Positions 33,095 through 50,317 of a stretch of DNA of 64,000 nucleotides are shown here, one piece after another (positions within the stretch are counted from its first letter, which is position 1; every line of letters begins with the position of its first letter). The DNA is from the human T2T-CHM13v2.0 reference genome, Homo sapiens. The notes under the pieces were generated by a model that ran no database searches, was not told the origin of the DNA, and saw nothing but the letters and a program-made list of their open reading frames with translations. Where the stretch lies: assembly GCF_009914755.1 (NCBI RefSeq), contig NC_060940.1. One strand, written 5' to 3'. The translations under genes and the position numbers were made by a program.

Positions 33095-36000
33095 ACCCAG
33101 AGAGTGTGGGCCCTCTAGAGGTCATTTCTTCCAGGCCCCTGCCAGATGCTGAGCTCAGCCTGCAACCCCAGGCTGTTGAAAATCCGAGGAGGCTGAGGTC
33201 AGGGAGGGAGGCAGGAGGCCAGCAGGCCATCAGGGAAGGGACCCCAGTGGGCTCTTGAGGAATGAGGAAGGGGCATTAAAGGGCCCAGGTAGAGGCCTGG
33301 AGTGGTGGTGGTGGCCGTGGGGGTGTGAGAAGCTGGTTTGGGTGAAGATGCAGGGAGACAAACAGAGACCCATTGGGCACGGACAGGTGCTCACATGTTT
33401 CCTTGCACCTGGCATGCTTCCCCTGGTGAACACTGCCAATGTCCACCCACCTGTTCTTCACCCAGGTGGGCCTCGGGTCTGCAGGGACACAGCAAAGGAA
33501 TGAAAGCCAGGGGCAGGGGTTTAAATCCTGGCTCTGTCTCTTTTCCTCCGTGTGACCTGGGGCAAGGAAATGGTCTTTATAGCTCATGCGGTCTTTATGC
33601 AGTTGTCTTAGGTGATGGGGGATGAGAAAGTGCCTTGTAATCAATAAAGACAGATTTATTACGATAATACAAATTTATTGATTTGTAATCAGTAAAGGCA
33701 GATTAACCATACCATTTTTTTTTTTAAATAGGGTCTTGCTGTGTCTCCCAGGCTGGAGTGTAGTGTCATGATCGTAGCTCACTGCAGCCTCGAACTCCTG
33801 GCTCAGACTATCCTTCCACCTCAGTCTCCCGAGTAGCTGGAACTACAGGCGCACACCATCATGCTCAGCTAATTTTTATTTTTATAGAGATGGGGATCTC
33901 ACTATGTTGCCCAGGCTGGTCTTGAACTCCTGGCCTCCAGCAATCCTCCCATCCCAGCCTCGCAAAGTGCTGGGTTTACAGGCGTGAGCCACTGCACCCA
34001 GACAGGATCAACCATATCTTTTGAGCATCTGTTCTGTGCCTGGCACCAGGACCAATTGCTGTGGGTCAACAGAACAGTTTCAGGTGGGTGGTGGATGGAA
34101 TGGCTGGTGGGCTCAGAGCTAGAGCTTAGGCCCCTCAGCTACTCCTCTGGGCAGGAGTGAGCAGTGCTCACCCTACCCCAGGCTTAGGCCACTTGCGATG
34201 TGGGGTTCCTCTTCGGGCACATCTACTGACCCTGGAACTATTGAAGCTATTTTGTGAGTGCTGTGCCCTCTCTGCTGAGACACAATCCCTGTCTGCCACA
34301 CCCCCAACACATCATTTGCCCCTGGAGTTTAACTGTACTTTGGTGAAGAGTGGCAGAGGCCAGAGGGACCCCAGGGGTGGACATGTGATTAGCTTGATGG
34401 GCAACCCCAGGACAGAGAACAGGGATGGGGAAGGAGATGCTTCCCACTGAAGACCCCATGCACTCTGCAGCTTACAATGCTCCTAAAACCCCAATGCTGG
34501 TTTATAAACTCTCTTGTCCAATTGCTGGGGGTCAACTGGGAGCCTTGGTGTGTCCCACCCCTCCCCCAGGCTGTCCCGTTGTTAGGCGAGAATGAGGCTT
34601 ATTTCTGCTCATCCACCAAGTTTGTCTGTTTCCAACTGTCCATTTTTTTTCCATCCATCTATCTGCCCGTCCATCCATCTTTCCATCACCTCCTGTCCTT
34701 AGGCTTAGGGGATTTCCTCTTGGGAGGGGAACTCTTTTTGCAGAAAAGGACGCTGAGCCCCAAAAGCTGAGTATTTCCCAGCATAAATGTCTGAGCCCTG
34801 TTCCCTGGGCAGGTCCTGTATTGGGGATTCAGAGTTGAATTGGAGTTGTCTCAGCCTGTGAAGGAAAGAGACCTATCAACAGGGGGTGACAAGGAGAGTT
34901 TGTAGCCAGGTGTGGTGGTGCACACCTGTAGTTCTAGCTAATTGGGAAGCTGAGCAGGGAGGATTGCTTGAGCCCAGGAGTTTGAGACCAGCCTGGGCAA
35001 CATAGTGAGATGGCCCCATTTCTACAAACATTGTGAAAACTAGCCACGCATGGTGACACATGCCTGTAGTTCGAGCTAATCGGTAGTCTGAGGCAGGAGG
35101 ATCTTTGGAGCCTAGGGTTTCGAGGCTGCAGTGAGCTAGGATTGTGCCACTGCCTTACAGCCTGGGAGACAGAGTTGCAAGACTCCCAGTTGCGATCATT
35201 TAAAAACTGGGAGACTGACATAGCATCTGGCTTTTAGCTTCTCTTAATTTATTAGAAGCTCTGACAGCATTGGGCCCATGTTCCCACGTGGAGACAGTTG
35301 GTGGATACAAGATAGGCAGCTACCCCCGTCTTTCAATGAGGCATGCACTCCAATTCACCACAGACCCCACCATTCCCTACTGCTTCTCATTCCTCCCTTT
35401 CTTCACTTATGTTATCTGCCTGGACTCTCTGCAAGGATTTTCATTTGTGGTTCCTGTTTCAGGAACAGGCCATGGTGTGGCCTTTCCTGACCTTGTCAAG
35501 CCTCAGGTTCCCAGAGGGGACCAAAATAGATACTGCACATTGTAGAGGGATCAGCTGAGGTAATATAGGTGAAAGCTCTCAGGAAGCCTAAAGCTCTCTG
35601 CAATCACAAAGCTACACAAATAGAAATTATTATCATCATTATTTATAACCATTGAAAGGACAGGAGACAAAGAAGTCAGTCCCCACCGTACCCCTCCCAA
35701 CCCCAAGCCCACAAGGGTATTTGTGCCATTATGATGGCATTGATCATTGACATTGACAGTTATTATTAAACGATGTCAACTTCCAAATGCAAAATGTTTA
35801 CCAGATGAACTCAAATGGGCTGGCAGAAATAATGTCCAGGTGCCGTCTACCTTCAACTCCTCTTCTCATGAATTTCTGTGGCATTTCTCCAGGGCCCAGA
35901 GTCAATAAGGGAGAGAGAAATGACTCCTCTGGTTTACTGAAGGTGTGACTTGTGATTCCAGCCAATGTCCTGTTGGTTCCCATTGTCTCCCCTGCCACTA

Positions 36001-37243
36001 CCCATGTGGAGTCTTAGATCTTGGAGACTGTACTATGTGGGCCAACTCTCTCCTCAAGACACATTTATTAAAAGGTGGGTGAAGTATCTTCTCCTTTGCC
36101 TGTGTCTTTTGCCCAAAGGGAAGTTGATTGATGACAATGCTCCTTTTTCAAGCTCTGATTGCCGGCGGAGGTTGGATAAAGCATCTTGCTGTGATCTCTA
36201 AGTGGGCTGTGCCTTGAAAACATGATTTTTGTGTCTAATCATGTGTGTCTGTGGCTCCCTTGCCACTCCTGATTGCCGTGTCACTGTGACTTTATTTAAC
36301 ATACTTTCAGGACCCACTGTATCTGTCCCGCCTCTCTCTGGATCTTCCCAACTCTGTGGTTGCCTCCCTGCTATATTCATGGCCCCTAGGGGATGCCACG
36401 TGTGTTCGGTTCTTCATGCTGTTCCTCTGTCTAAAATGTTCTCTTCTGTGGCAGCTTCCTGCAAACATCTTCTTCTCTTTCCAGACTTTCTTTGATGATT
36501 AAGAAGCTTGCACGACCTAAGTCTTATAATTCTGAAAATCATCTCCTAGTTTCCAGGACCCCAGATGCACCAGCATGGCTTAGGGAAAGGAAAATGACCT
36601 TTGGAGAGAGAATCTTTGGAGGGATTTGAGCCTCGGCATTGCCACTTACTAGCTACACCATTTGGGACATGTTACAAGCCCCCCTGAACCTCAGTTTCCT
36701 CATCTGTGAAATGGGCATAATGATAGGCCCTAAATCTTGTGGTGAGGCTTACATGTGCCAATGGATATAAAGTATACATCATCACAATGCCTGGCACATA
36801 ATGAAAGATTAATAGGGGCAATTAATATAGTGTTTGTGATAGACCCAAAGATAGACTGACCCGAGGCCGACCCTGGACACCTTTTCAACTGAAATCCCAC
36901 CACCTTATGTTTTGACTTCTAGGTTTCCTTTCCCTAAAAGAGAAGTTTGGAGAAGGATCTAGAATTGTTGGTTAATCAAGGGCTTGCTACCTTCTAATCA
37001 CTTCATGTCGATATTAGGATAAAGAGCAAACATCCTTCATGGGGTTTACAAGGCCCTCCATGGCCAGGACCGTGTTTATGTCCCCAGCCTCATAGTCCAC
37101 TTCTCCTCTCTCCCTGGGTGGTGACACATTGCACAGCACCCTTGCACATGCTCTTTTGCCCACTTAATGCCTGCTCATTCTTCAAAGCCCAGGCACTTCC
37201 TCTGGAAGCCTTCCGCAACCCCCTGTGTTCCTTCTCGACAGAG

Positions 37244-37947
37244 TGTGACCGCCCATTGGGTCCACCTTGCCCGCTGCCTAGACAGAGCTGATTTATCAAG
37301 ACAGGGGGATTGGAATACAGAGAGAGTAATTCATGCAGAGGGGCACTGTGGGAGACTGGAGTTTGATTATCACTCAAATCAGTCTCCACAAGCATTTGGG
37401 GAGCAGAGTTTTTAAGAACAGCTTGGTAGGGGTGGTTAGTTGAAGCCAGTGAGCCAGGAGTGCAGATTGGTCAGGGAAGAAATCATAGGGAGTCGAAGCT
37501 GTCCTCTTGCGCTGAGTCAGTTCCTGGGTTGGGGCCACAAGATCAGATGAGCCAGTTGATCGATCTGGGTGGTGCCACCTGACCCGTCACGTGCAGGGTC
37601 TGCAAATTATCTCAAGCACTGATCTTAGGAACAGTTTAGGGAGGGTCAGAATCTTGTAACCTCCAGCCGCCTGACTCCTAAACCATAGTTTCTAATCTTG
37701 TGGCTCATTTTAGTCCTAACAAAGGCAATCTAGTCCCCAGGCAAGAAGGAGGTCTGCTTTGGGAAAGGGCTGTTATCATCTTTGCTTTAAACTACAAACT
37801 ATGAACCATGAACTCAGTTTCTCCCAAAGTTAGGTCAGCCTACACCCAAGAATGAATAAGGACAGCTTGGAGGTTAGAAGCAAGATGGAATTGATCAAGT
37901 TAAATCTCTTTCACTGTCTCAGTCATAATTTTGCTAAGGCAGTTTCA
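37244..37947 (-). mobile_element. LTR8 (ERV1) solo LTR, full length
   Basis: TG...CA ends, 4-bp TSD agag (37240-37243 and 37948-37951); minus strand starts tgaaactgccttagcaaaattatgactgagacagtgaaagag. Confidence 0.85.
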
Positions 37948-38416
37948 AGAGCACTTACTCTAGTTTCTGGTTTTACATTCATGACTGTGTTTTATTTGGT
38001 TCATGTCTAATTCCTCCACTGGACCGAGAGCTCCATGATGGCAGGAACCAAGTCCGTGGGTGGCCCCCTGTGGTGTCCCCAGCATTGAACACAGCAGCAC
38101 GTCCCTCATGGGTGTTCACTACATAATAATTTGTTGGATGCACAGGTGGATACATGACTTACTACTTTAAGAATGTGTGCATTTGAGATGTTTACTTGGA
38201 ACAACGAAGGCTTATTCTTGAAGAAACAACAAGTGATAAGTCACCAGAAGACAGAAAACAGCATGTTGGAGCTGGGTGGCTCCTGGTGCCTGGGAAATGA
38301 ACCCTTGGGGTGGTTCTTGGAAGGAAGTGAGCAGGTTTAGTCCCATCTGATGAACTCTTTCCTCTCCATGGTTAAGTTGGCTTCTAACTCAGGGACTAAG
38401 TTTTATTTGAGACTGA

Positions 38417-38919
<503 letters not shown>

Positions 38920-39211
38920 TAACTCTTTAAATAAGCCAAACATTTATTGGCCAAAAGCAATGCACATGTTCTGTCAACAAGCAAATTTGGGGAAACACAA
39001 AGAGAATAGAAACAGAAAATAAATATTAACCACCCGGATGTAATCATATTAGCATTTTGGGGCATATGTTTCTGATTCTTTTTAAAAAATATTTATGTCT
39101 TTCTGTGTTTTCTATTTATATATGTATTGCAACCTGATTTTTTTCATTGAGCAAATGTAAAATGAACAGAAAATGTCCAGGAAAGCAAATGTCTCCCTTC
39201 TGCTGGCCTGG

Positions 39212-39757
39212 TGTATTACACAGGGTTCTGTGGAGGGACAGAACTAATAGGATAGATGTATATACGAAGGGGAGTTTATTCAGGGGTACTGACTCACACG
39301 GTCACAAGGTGAAGTCCCACAATAGGCCATCTGCAAGCTGAGGAGCAAGGAAACCAGTCTGAGTCCCAAAACCTCAAAAGTAGGGAAGCCAGCAGTGCAG
39401 CGTTCATTCTGTGGCCAAAGGCTTGAGAGCCCCTGGCAAACCACTGGTGTAAGTCCAAGAGTCCAAAAGCTGAAGAACTTGGAGTCCAATGTTCCAGGGC
39501 AGGAAGCATCCAGCACAGGAGAAAGATGAAGGCCAGAAGACTCAGTAAGTCTGTTCTTTCCAACTTCTGCCTGCTTTATTCTAGCCATGCTGGCAGCTGA
39601 TTAGATGGTACCCACCCAGATTGAGGGTGGGTCTGCCTCTCCCAGTCCACTGACTCAAGTGTAAATCTCCTTTAGCAACATCCTCACAGACGCACCCAGG
39701 ATCAATACTTTGCCCCCTTCGATCCAATCAAGTTGACACTCAATATTAACCATCACA
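39212..39757 (-). mobile_element. MLT2A (HERVL LTR; length fits MLT2A2) solo LTR
   Basis: Minus strand starts tgtgatggttaatattgagtgtcaacttgattggat; 5-bp TSD cctgg (39207-39211 and 39758-39762). Confidence 0.88.
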
Positions 39758-41093
39758 CCTGGTATGACAGTACTAGCCTTGTCCCAAGAGGCAGGAGCCC
39801 CAGAACTGCAGAGCATCTGATAGAGATGTGAATAGTGGCTTTGGAAGGAATGACTGTGGCCAGGTAAGGTGACAGGTAATGGCGAAAACAGAGGCATGAA
39901 ATCGTGGGGCAGTTCAGGTGAGCCATTCCCCAATATTCACCAAGAGATAATAGGGAAGGGAGAGAGAGTAGGGGTCTCAAAAGCAGGGTCACGGTGCTGA
40001 TAATCTGAAAGGTAGGGTCTCAGAGCCATTGAATGTTTCATTTATTCACTCAACGAGAATTTCTTGAGTGGCTAATATGTGCCAGGTGCTGCAGCAGCCA
40101 GTGGGGATTGTAGGTCACAAAAACATGACTTCATTCAAAGCATGCACCATTATTTACATATGTAAAGTGCCTTGGCATGAAATAGAAGCCCAATAATCTC
40201 TTGCAACCATAGAGATGAGCATTAATGACTTTTCCAGAATTGCATCTATGGTTGGTGATTATTCCTATGTGGCCAAATGACCAGAAGGAGCAGAAAGCTA
40301 CATTTTTGTGGCATCTTGTATACATAGAAATGATTGCTGTAAATATGTGTTGACTCCCTTTAATACATATGCAACTAATTGAAAGCGGGCAGTTTACGGT
40401 GTAGTATCAGTGAAACGTGCTCTGTTGCCATTAAGTATAGCTTTGTTACATTATTGAGACAACTTGCCTTGGGGGCACTGGGGTAAGTTATTGCTTCTTC
40501 AACCATATTTTGGTCCTTAGAGGACCAACCGCTAGTCCAGCTTTTATTACCTGCTGTTTCTTTAATCACAACAGGGAAATGTTGGCTAGGCATCGGACGG
40601 GAGACTTTTCTTATAAGATGAAATGAGCCAAGATTGGAAGACGACATTTTTATTTGCCTTACAAATGGACTGGATACAGTGTGAATGGCTTGGTGAATGA
40701 GATGAAGGGCTCTGCTGAGCAGCAATCCCAAACCATTCACCCTTATGCAGAGGCAGAGAGCCTCCTAAATGAATTGGGTTCTGTTGGAGTTAGCTGCTCT
40801 TATTTTCCTGTGCTGAGGAGTCTGGAGTGGGAGGGTATCCATTTCCCAACCAATAATAATTAGCTTTGATTCCAGGCATCATGTGCATTTTTAATCCGTT
40901 AGGCATAGGGTCTTCCCGGGACCTATACGTTTTTCAAGATCTACAGAAATGTTTGAGACCAAAAACAAACAAACAAACAAACAAACAAACAAACAAAAAA
41001 CACCACACAAACACACATACACACACACACATTGGCTTAAAAATGCAAAAGAGAAAATGACAAAATTGAAATTAATGAATATCTTAAAAATTA

Positions 41094-41408
<315 letters not shown>

Positions 41409-41849
41409 CTACAAATTGTGCTGCTTTGTCAATATCACTAATTGTTAAATTTAACATTCCTAGGGATTTCATTACATCTGAAAAATGTGGATAGTTAGAA
41501 TTTCCCACTTTCTAGACCTCCTGAATATGCACAATTACCAAGAAATCACATCCAATCTAAATTTAAATAAATCACCTATTGCCAGATAATTTCAGGAGCA
41601 GAATTTTAAAATTTTCTCAAAAAATGTTTAGAGCCAAAAATCCATTTAATGTAGGATACAGGCAAATTTGTAGCATGTTTCAAATGCTTTCTGGTGAGAC
41701 CTCCAAAAGTGAATGTGTCTAGGGTATATAAAATTCTTAAAGGGGCTTTGTCATCCTTCTTCCCCACTCACCCATAAAATAGATGAGATAAAAGCTATTT
41801 CTAAGGGTGGCTCTTTTGTGAAGTATTTGAGCTTTACGGTAGATGAGAC

Positions 41850-42270
41850 TATTGTTTAGTAAATATTTGTTCCCTCTCCTATTACATCATTGATGTTCAG
41901 CTAGGCTATGTGACTTCCTTTTCCCTGAGAGATGGCATAGTGTACTTCCCTACCCTTCAACTGTTGAGTTGAGCTTAACTTTCTTTGGCTAATGGGATGT
42001 GAGAGGACATAACCCTTATGAAAGGCTTGAAATGCTCTCGTGTGATGAGTTTGCCTTCTTGTGCTTTTGCCTTCTCTATGAGAAAAACATGACTTAGTTG
42101 GTCACTGGTCCTAGAAAAATGAGATGCATCTAGAGCAGAGCCGCCCCAGCATGTCTTCAGACCTGCAACCTCCAGCAGAGCTGCTCCAGCCAAGCTATAT
42201 GGGCATGGCAGAGAAATAAGCTCTTTCTGGGATTTGGGGTTGTTTGTCTTACAGCATCTAGCTGACTGCT
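41850..42270 (+). mobile_element. Old MLT1-family LTR
   Basis: ctttggctaatgggatgtgag...gatttggggttgtttgtcttacagca. Confidence 0.55.
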
Positions 42271-44957
42271 GCAAGTTCCTGCACACAGTGGTGCTTACTC
42301 ATGTTTCTGAAGGAATAGCAGTTTGTTTATTTCAACCACATTGCTAGTTATTTGTTATTTTCCACCATATTGCTAGGGTTATAACTCTGAAAACAAGTTC
42401 AGCTACTTCTCACATGTTCCTTCTGCCTGAAAACTTTGTCTCCTTGCTCTTCACGTGGATGGCTTTCTCTCTTTGGCTCTGGATTTAAATATTACTCCCT
42501 TGGGATGACCTCTTCTGATACATTATTTAAATACCATCTGTGGTGGAGCCTACTATTTACATATTGAAACATCTACATTCCCTTTTCTTCTCTGAAATAA
42601 CACCTTATTTTCGGGGGAAAAATTTCAAACTGAGACAATAGTTGGAAGAACAGTACAATTAAGTTTTCCCTCTCCTCGAATCATTTCCCAATACTTTACT
42701 GTGTGTTTCTTGCAATAAGGACCTTCTCCTATATGCCCATAATACAACCATTAAAGTCAGGAAATTATTATAACATTGATACATTACCACCATCTAATCC
42801 AAAGGCCCCATTCAGGTTTCACTGACCATCCCAATAATGTCCTTTATAATCTTGCAGGGCAAGATTATCATAGCATTTAATTGTCACGTCTTATTCCGGC
42901 AGATTCATCAGTCTCTTTGTTACTTTCTCGACCTTGATACTTTTGAAGATACAGGCCATTTATGTTGTATAAGAGCTCTCAATTGGGGATTGTCTGATGC
43001 TTTTTCGTGACTAGAACTAGGTCGTGCACCAATTCTAGGCTTCAACACCCCATGCCAGATCTCTGTCCTATCCCCTCTCATTGATGCTTACTTTGGTTGG
43101 TGCCCTTTAGTGACTTTAACACTGAATATTTGAGGAAGAATAAAAGATGAAACACTGATTTTAATTAGGGTGACATAGACTCTGCTTTAAACAACAACAA
43201 CAAAACCAAAACCCTCTAATTTCCCAGTCTCTCATGAGGCTACCCAAGCCATGTGATTTAGCTTTGGCCAAGGAATGCAAAGAGAAGAGTAATATGGACA
43301 TTTTCTCAGAATGAGGACCACATATTTCTTTGCCCATTTTTCCTGTTGTTGGTCTTGAATTAGGATGCAATGGCTAGATCTCTGGATGCCATATTTGACC
43401 ATGAAGTCAAGTCCAAATGAGAAACGATCATTCCCAAATTAAGGCCGTGACTTAAGGAGGTATATAAAAGAGAAGGTGGCAATTGGTTGAATGTAGGGTG
43501 TGATGGAGAAGGACTCAAAGATGTTGTTCAGGCTCTTGGTTTGGGTAACTGGGTGAATGGCGATGATATTCATGGAGAAAGTGAGCTAAAAATTAGGAGT
43601 AAAATTATTTGGAAGGCAAGTTAAATTCGTTTTTGGAAAGAAATGAATCTGAGATATACAATGGACATCTGATGGTGTTCTCTAAGGTAACGGGAATTGG
43701 AAACAGATTTCAATATTGAGGTGGTAGAAGAAGGGGTCAAATCATCAAATCATGATTCTGTTACTTGGAAGGAAGGCTGAAGGGGAGACCTTGAGCATCT
43801 TGTTTCTTCTTAGTTCCAGTTATGCTTTATGCTTTTGAGCACTAATCACAACAGATACTGTGGAGGCTGAGCTCCAGCCATTGTCAAGCCTGTGCTCCAG
43901 CACTGGTATAAATTACTGGAGTCCTCATTCTAGAGGAAAGCACGGGGACGAATCTTTTCTAGGGCTCTTTACCTTGTCTACTCTTCCTGCAGGGAGTAGT
44001 TCAGACTTTCTTCTTCTACCTCCTCTTCTTCTTTTTTTCTTTATAGAGACAAGATCTCAGTCTGTCACCCATACTGGAGTGTAGTGGCACAATTATAACT
44101 CACTGCAGCCTCAAGTTCCTGAGCTCAGGTGATCCTCCTGCCTTAGCCTTCTGAGTAGCTTGGACTGCAGGGTTCATGCCACCATGCCTGGCTTATTTAT
44201 TTATTTATTTAGTAGAAACAGGGTCTCACTATGTTGCCTAGTCTGGTCTAGAACTTCTGTCCTCAATTCATCCTCCTGCCTCAGCCTCCCAAAGTGCTGG
44301 GATTACAGGTGTGAGCCACTACACCCAGCCTAGGTTTTTCTTTCTTTTCAATGAATCATAACCCTTCTCTCTTCATTTCTAGTGAACATGCATCACCTTA
44401 TCCTATCACAAACCAACTCTGTGACAAATGTACTATTACTATGCCCATTTTACAAATGGAAAAACTGAGACTTAAAGAATTTAAATTGGCTGGGCACAGT
44501 GACTCACACCTATAATCCCAGCTCTTTTGGAGGCCAAGATGGGAGGATTGCTTGAGGTCAGGAGTTCGAGACAAGCCGAGGCAAGAAAGCAAGACCCTGT
44601 CTCCACAAAAATTAAATAAATTAGCCAGGTGTGGTGGTGCACACCTGTAGTCCCAGCTACTCCACAGGCTGAGGCAGGAGGATAGCTTAAGCCCAGGAGT
44701 TCAAGGCTGCAGTGAACTATGATCATGCCCACTGTACTCTAGCCTGGGCAACAGAGCAAGACCCTGTTTCTAAAAATTAAACAAAATACCAAGCAACAAC
44801 ACCAACAAAACAACACCACCACAAAACAAAGTTAAGTATCCTGGGGTTATACTGGAATCCAAGTAATCTGGTTTAAGAGCTTAACCTCCTAACCACCATG
44901 CTATACTGCCTTGTGGCAACTCATGCCTTGTGAATCTTTACTCCTGGTAGTGTTTCA

Positions 44958-45448
<491 letters not shown>

Positions 45449-46527
45449 TCAGCAGCCTTATAGAGCACTTCTTCTACTGTATAATCCTCGCTTTCCTCAT
45501 TTACATCTGTGAAAAAGATATTCCTTTTGTTCAGATGCTCTTAGGTGCTCTGAAGCAAGCAATAGCCCAAGCTGGCATTTTGAGAGTCATTTCATGGATG
45601 GAAAGCGGAGGCTCAATGGCTAAGGGAATTAGCCTTGGTTCTCCAGTGTGTCTGCAGTCTTCATGGCATTGGTGCTGCTGATCCACAGTCATGCCAGAGG
45701 TTGGGTCCGCAGTGAACCGCTTCACAGCTGGCTGGTTGGGGGAAAAGAGAGGTCTAATGATAGAAACCTTTCCCAAAGCAAAGGATGTAAGCCCACACCG
45801 AGAATTATTAGAAAGAATAATATTCTCCCACACTGAGAATTATTAGAAAGAAAGAAAGAAAAACTAGAAAGAAGGACAAAGGCATTCCAGCATGCTTCCT
45901 GTGACAGATTGAGCCAGTCTTTGTAACCTCAGATTCACAAGGACATTGCAAAGAATTTCCTGTTGCGCTCACCAAAATTGGCTGGCCCTTGTGCCAGAGT
46001 CCCACTGACATCCAGAAAACTATTGCCCATCTTCTCTGGGCTGTGCAAGGATTAGTGTCATAATAGATCATCACAGCCAAATGTTATTATACAAAGCAGA
46101 AAGCTGCAAGAAATGGATCTTCATTCATTGAATTTGCATGTTTGGTGGGGACTGCTTCAGACTTCCTTTATCTCGTGATCAGTCGTGTGTGTTGATCCTC
46201 TTTGCAAGTTGTTGTGAGAACTGGGTGCAGCAAAAGCTGCCACTTCAAGAGACCAAAGGGATGAAAAAGTGCATCAATTTGCATAAAGAACTCAGATAAT
46301 TTCTAGGTAGAAAGCAGGTCAGAGAGGCTCTAGACCTAGGACTCTCATGTTGGATTGCTTAGTTTCAAATCGTGCTTATGTCACTTACATGCATGCAATC
46401 TGGATAAGACATTTAATATCTCCCCAAGCCTCAGTGTTCTCATCTGTAAAATTAGATGATGTGGTGATGATGAAAGAACATATATAGGCTGGATGCAGTG
46501 GCTCATGCCTGTAATCCCGGCATTTTA

Positions 46528-47485
<958 letters not shown>

Positions 47486-48890
47486 TTATTCAACATGGGT
47501 CCAGGAATGGAGTAAGAGATCAACAAATACAGTCATTAAAATCAGTGATTCCTCATTCTTCTCCCAGCTCCTTCTTTATGAGATTTTGAAATCCATATGG
47601 ATGGATAAAAATATCCCCAAATGGTGTCTAATGTTGCAGGGAAGGAAAATGAAACTCTGGAAATAAAATTAGTTCAAGGAGAAGGAGCATCTCCGCTGTT
47701 GACCCGGCTTAACACTAGACTAAGAATAGATTGCAATGGCCCCAACCTCAGGTATGCCAGATAAGTCCCTGAAGGCCCTAGAGGGGAACCTGAGAAGGGT
47801 TTGAATGTTTGCATGTGTGTTCGACAAGCTGGTACCTGGTAGCTGAGATGTAGAGGAGAATCATTGTGCCCTATGTAGAGACTGGACTATGTGGACTTTT
47901 TCATAGCTGTAGACAAAGACACGCTGACAGTACCAGACTGGTTTTCAACCTAATGGCAGCCTCGGGGACAAGGGAAGGTGAAAATGGGGCTGCCTATGAA
48001 TGGATCCGACTCCTCAGGTTTCCACCAGCCTGAAGTTTGGAAGTGATCTTTGGATTAACTGAGTCGGCAGAGTGTTGGACCACGAGAAGGCAGATGTGGA
48101 GTGAGATACTGGACTTCTTGGCTCCTGTGAGCAAAGAGGATGGGCATGAGATTAAATGGAAAAGTAAGAGACGTGACAGTTTCCCAGGTTAATAACATGA
48201 GTAATGCCAGTTACATGCATGGGAGCTCATTTAACAACTCTTCAGGGTTGTGTTACTACCCAAACCCTTTATGATGCTGAGCACGCACTGCAGACACTGA
48301 TTCCTGCCTGCCCCTCCACTCTGTTTCCTGGTTACCTTCTGCCTGATTCATTTTGATCTAGACACACTGGCTTCCATTCTTTTCCATGAACAAGCCAAGC
48401 TCCTTCCCACCTCTGGGCCTTTGCACATGCAGTTTCCTCCACCTGGAATGCTGCTCCCAGATCTTTTTACAACACATTTCCTCTCATCTCTTGAACCTCA
48501 CCTTACACGTTACCCTTTCAGAAAGATTTTCCCGTTCATGTCCTCTCCGCTACATTATTCTCCCTCCCATCACCCTCTCTAACATCATAGTCCTCACCAT
48601 TCCTGAAATGATCTTTGTTACTTACTGGGTGGCATGTTTAGAGGCTGCTTTCCCCACTGGCTCTGTGACAGTGACTTTGTCATGGTAACTCAACATTCTG
48701 TTTCCTGTGGCCTGAAGATTGCCGGGTATATACTAAGTGCTCCATGAATATTTGTTGGAAGATTCAATGAATCATATCTTACCAATGCAATATTGGAAGC
48801 CTAGAGAAATGAAATAACGTTTTCACAATTGCACAGAGTAACAGATGCTTTCAGTGCTTCCCTTGTATCTTCTAACCCTTTACCTCTTAA

Positions 48891-49256
<366 letters not shown>

Positions 49257-49259
49257 TGA

Positions 49260-49810
49260 GGTCTTTTTCTGGTTGTACTGTCTTTGCCCACCCATATGAT
49301 GGCTTGGAAGTCTTGGAGGAATCAACACCTGCCCTGGGAGCATCCCTCCACCAGGAACTGATGAGAGTTGGTGTATGTGGATAAGTACCCCATCTCCCTC
49401 ACCCCTTAGGTCAGATAACTATGAAGCAAGAGCTGGTATGTGCATCTTTCCCCAAGTCCTTGTTCAGGGACAAGGTAGTGTGAAATCAGCCATGGTGGGA
49501 GGATTTACACCATGGATATGGGCAGACACTACAAATCTGGGCTTTTAATATTTTTCTGCAGTGTTGGTTGTTAAACATCTACCAGCACATTGCTAGAGAT
49601 GTTCTACAGTGTATCCTAGAGTTTTCCAGCAAGTTTAAGCTCCAGTTATTGTCCCAAGTGGTAACTTGTTTTATAATATGCCCTTTACTGGCTGCCTCCC
49701 TGACCTATTTCATTTCCTGTGTCATGTTTCATTTACCTCCCACATAGATGACTTACTCTTGGAGTCTTGTCTCAGGGTCTGATTCTTGGGAAACCCCAAT
49801 GAAGGCATAC
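49260..49810 (+). mobile_element. LTR16-like ERVL LTR remnant
   Basis: Ends tcttgtctcagggtctgattcttgggaaaccccaatgaaggca; diverged. Confidence 0.45.
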
Positions 49811-50005
49811 AACTAGTATGCGATAAAACCAGCATTTAAACCTAGGTAGGTCTGACTCCAAATCCACGTGTATTTTACTAATACTCCACTGCCTCTTGTG
49901 TCTGACCAGTTCATTGCCAATCCACTGTGACAGGAGTCCTTTAAGGAGTGAGACAAATGCATTATATTGATGAAAGTAGCTTGCAATTAAGAAGTTAGCT
50001 TTCTA

Positions 50006-50317
<312 letters not shown>

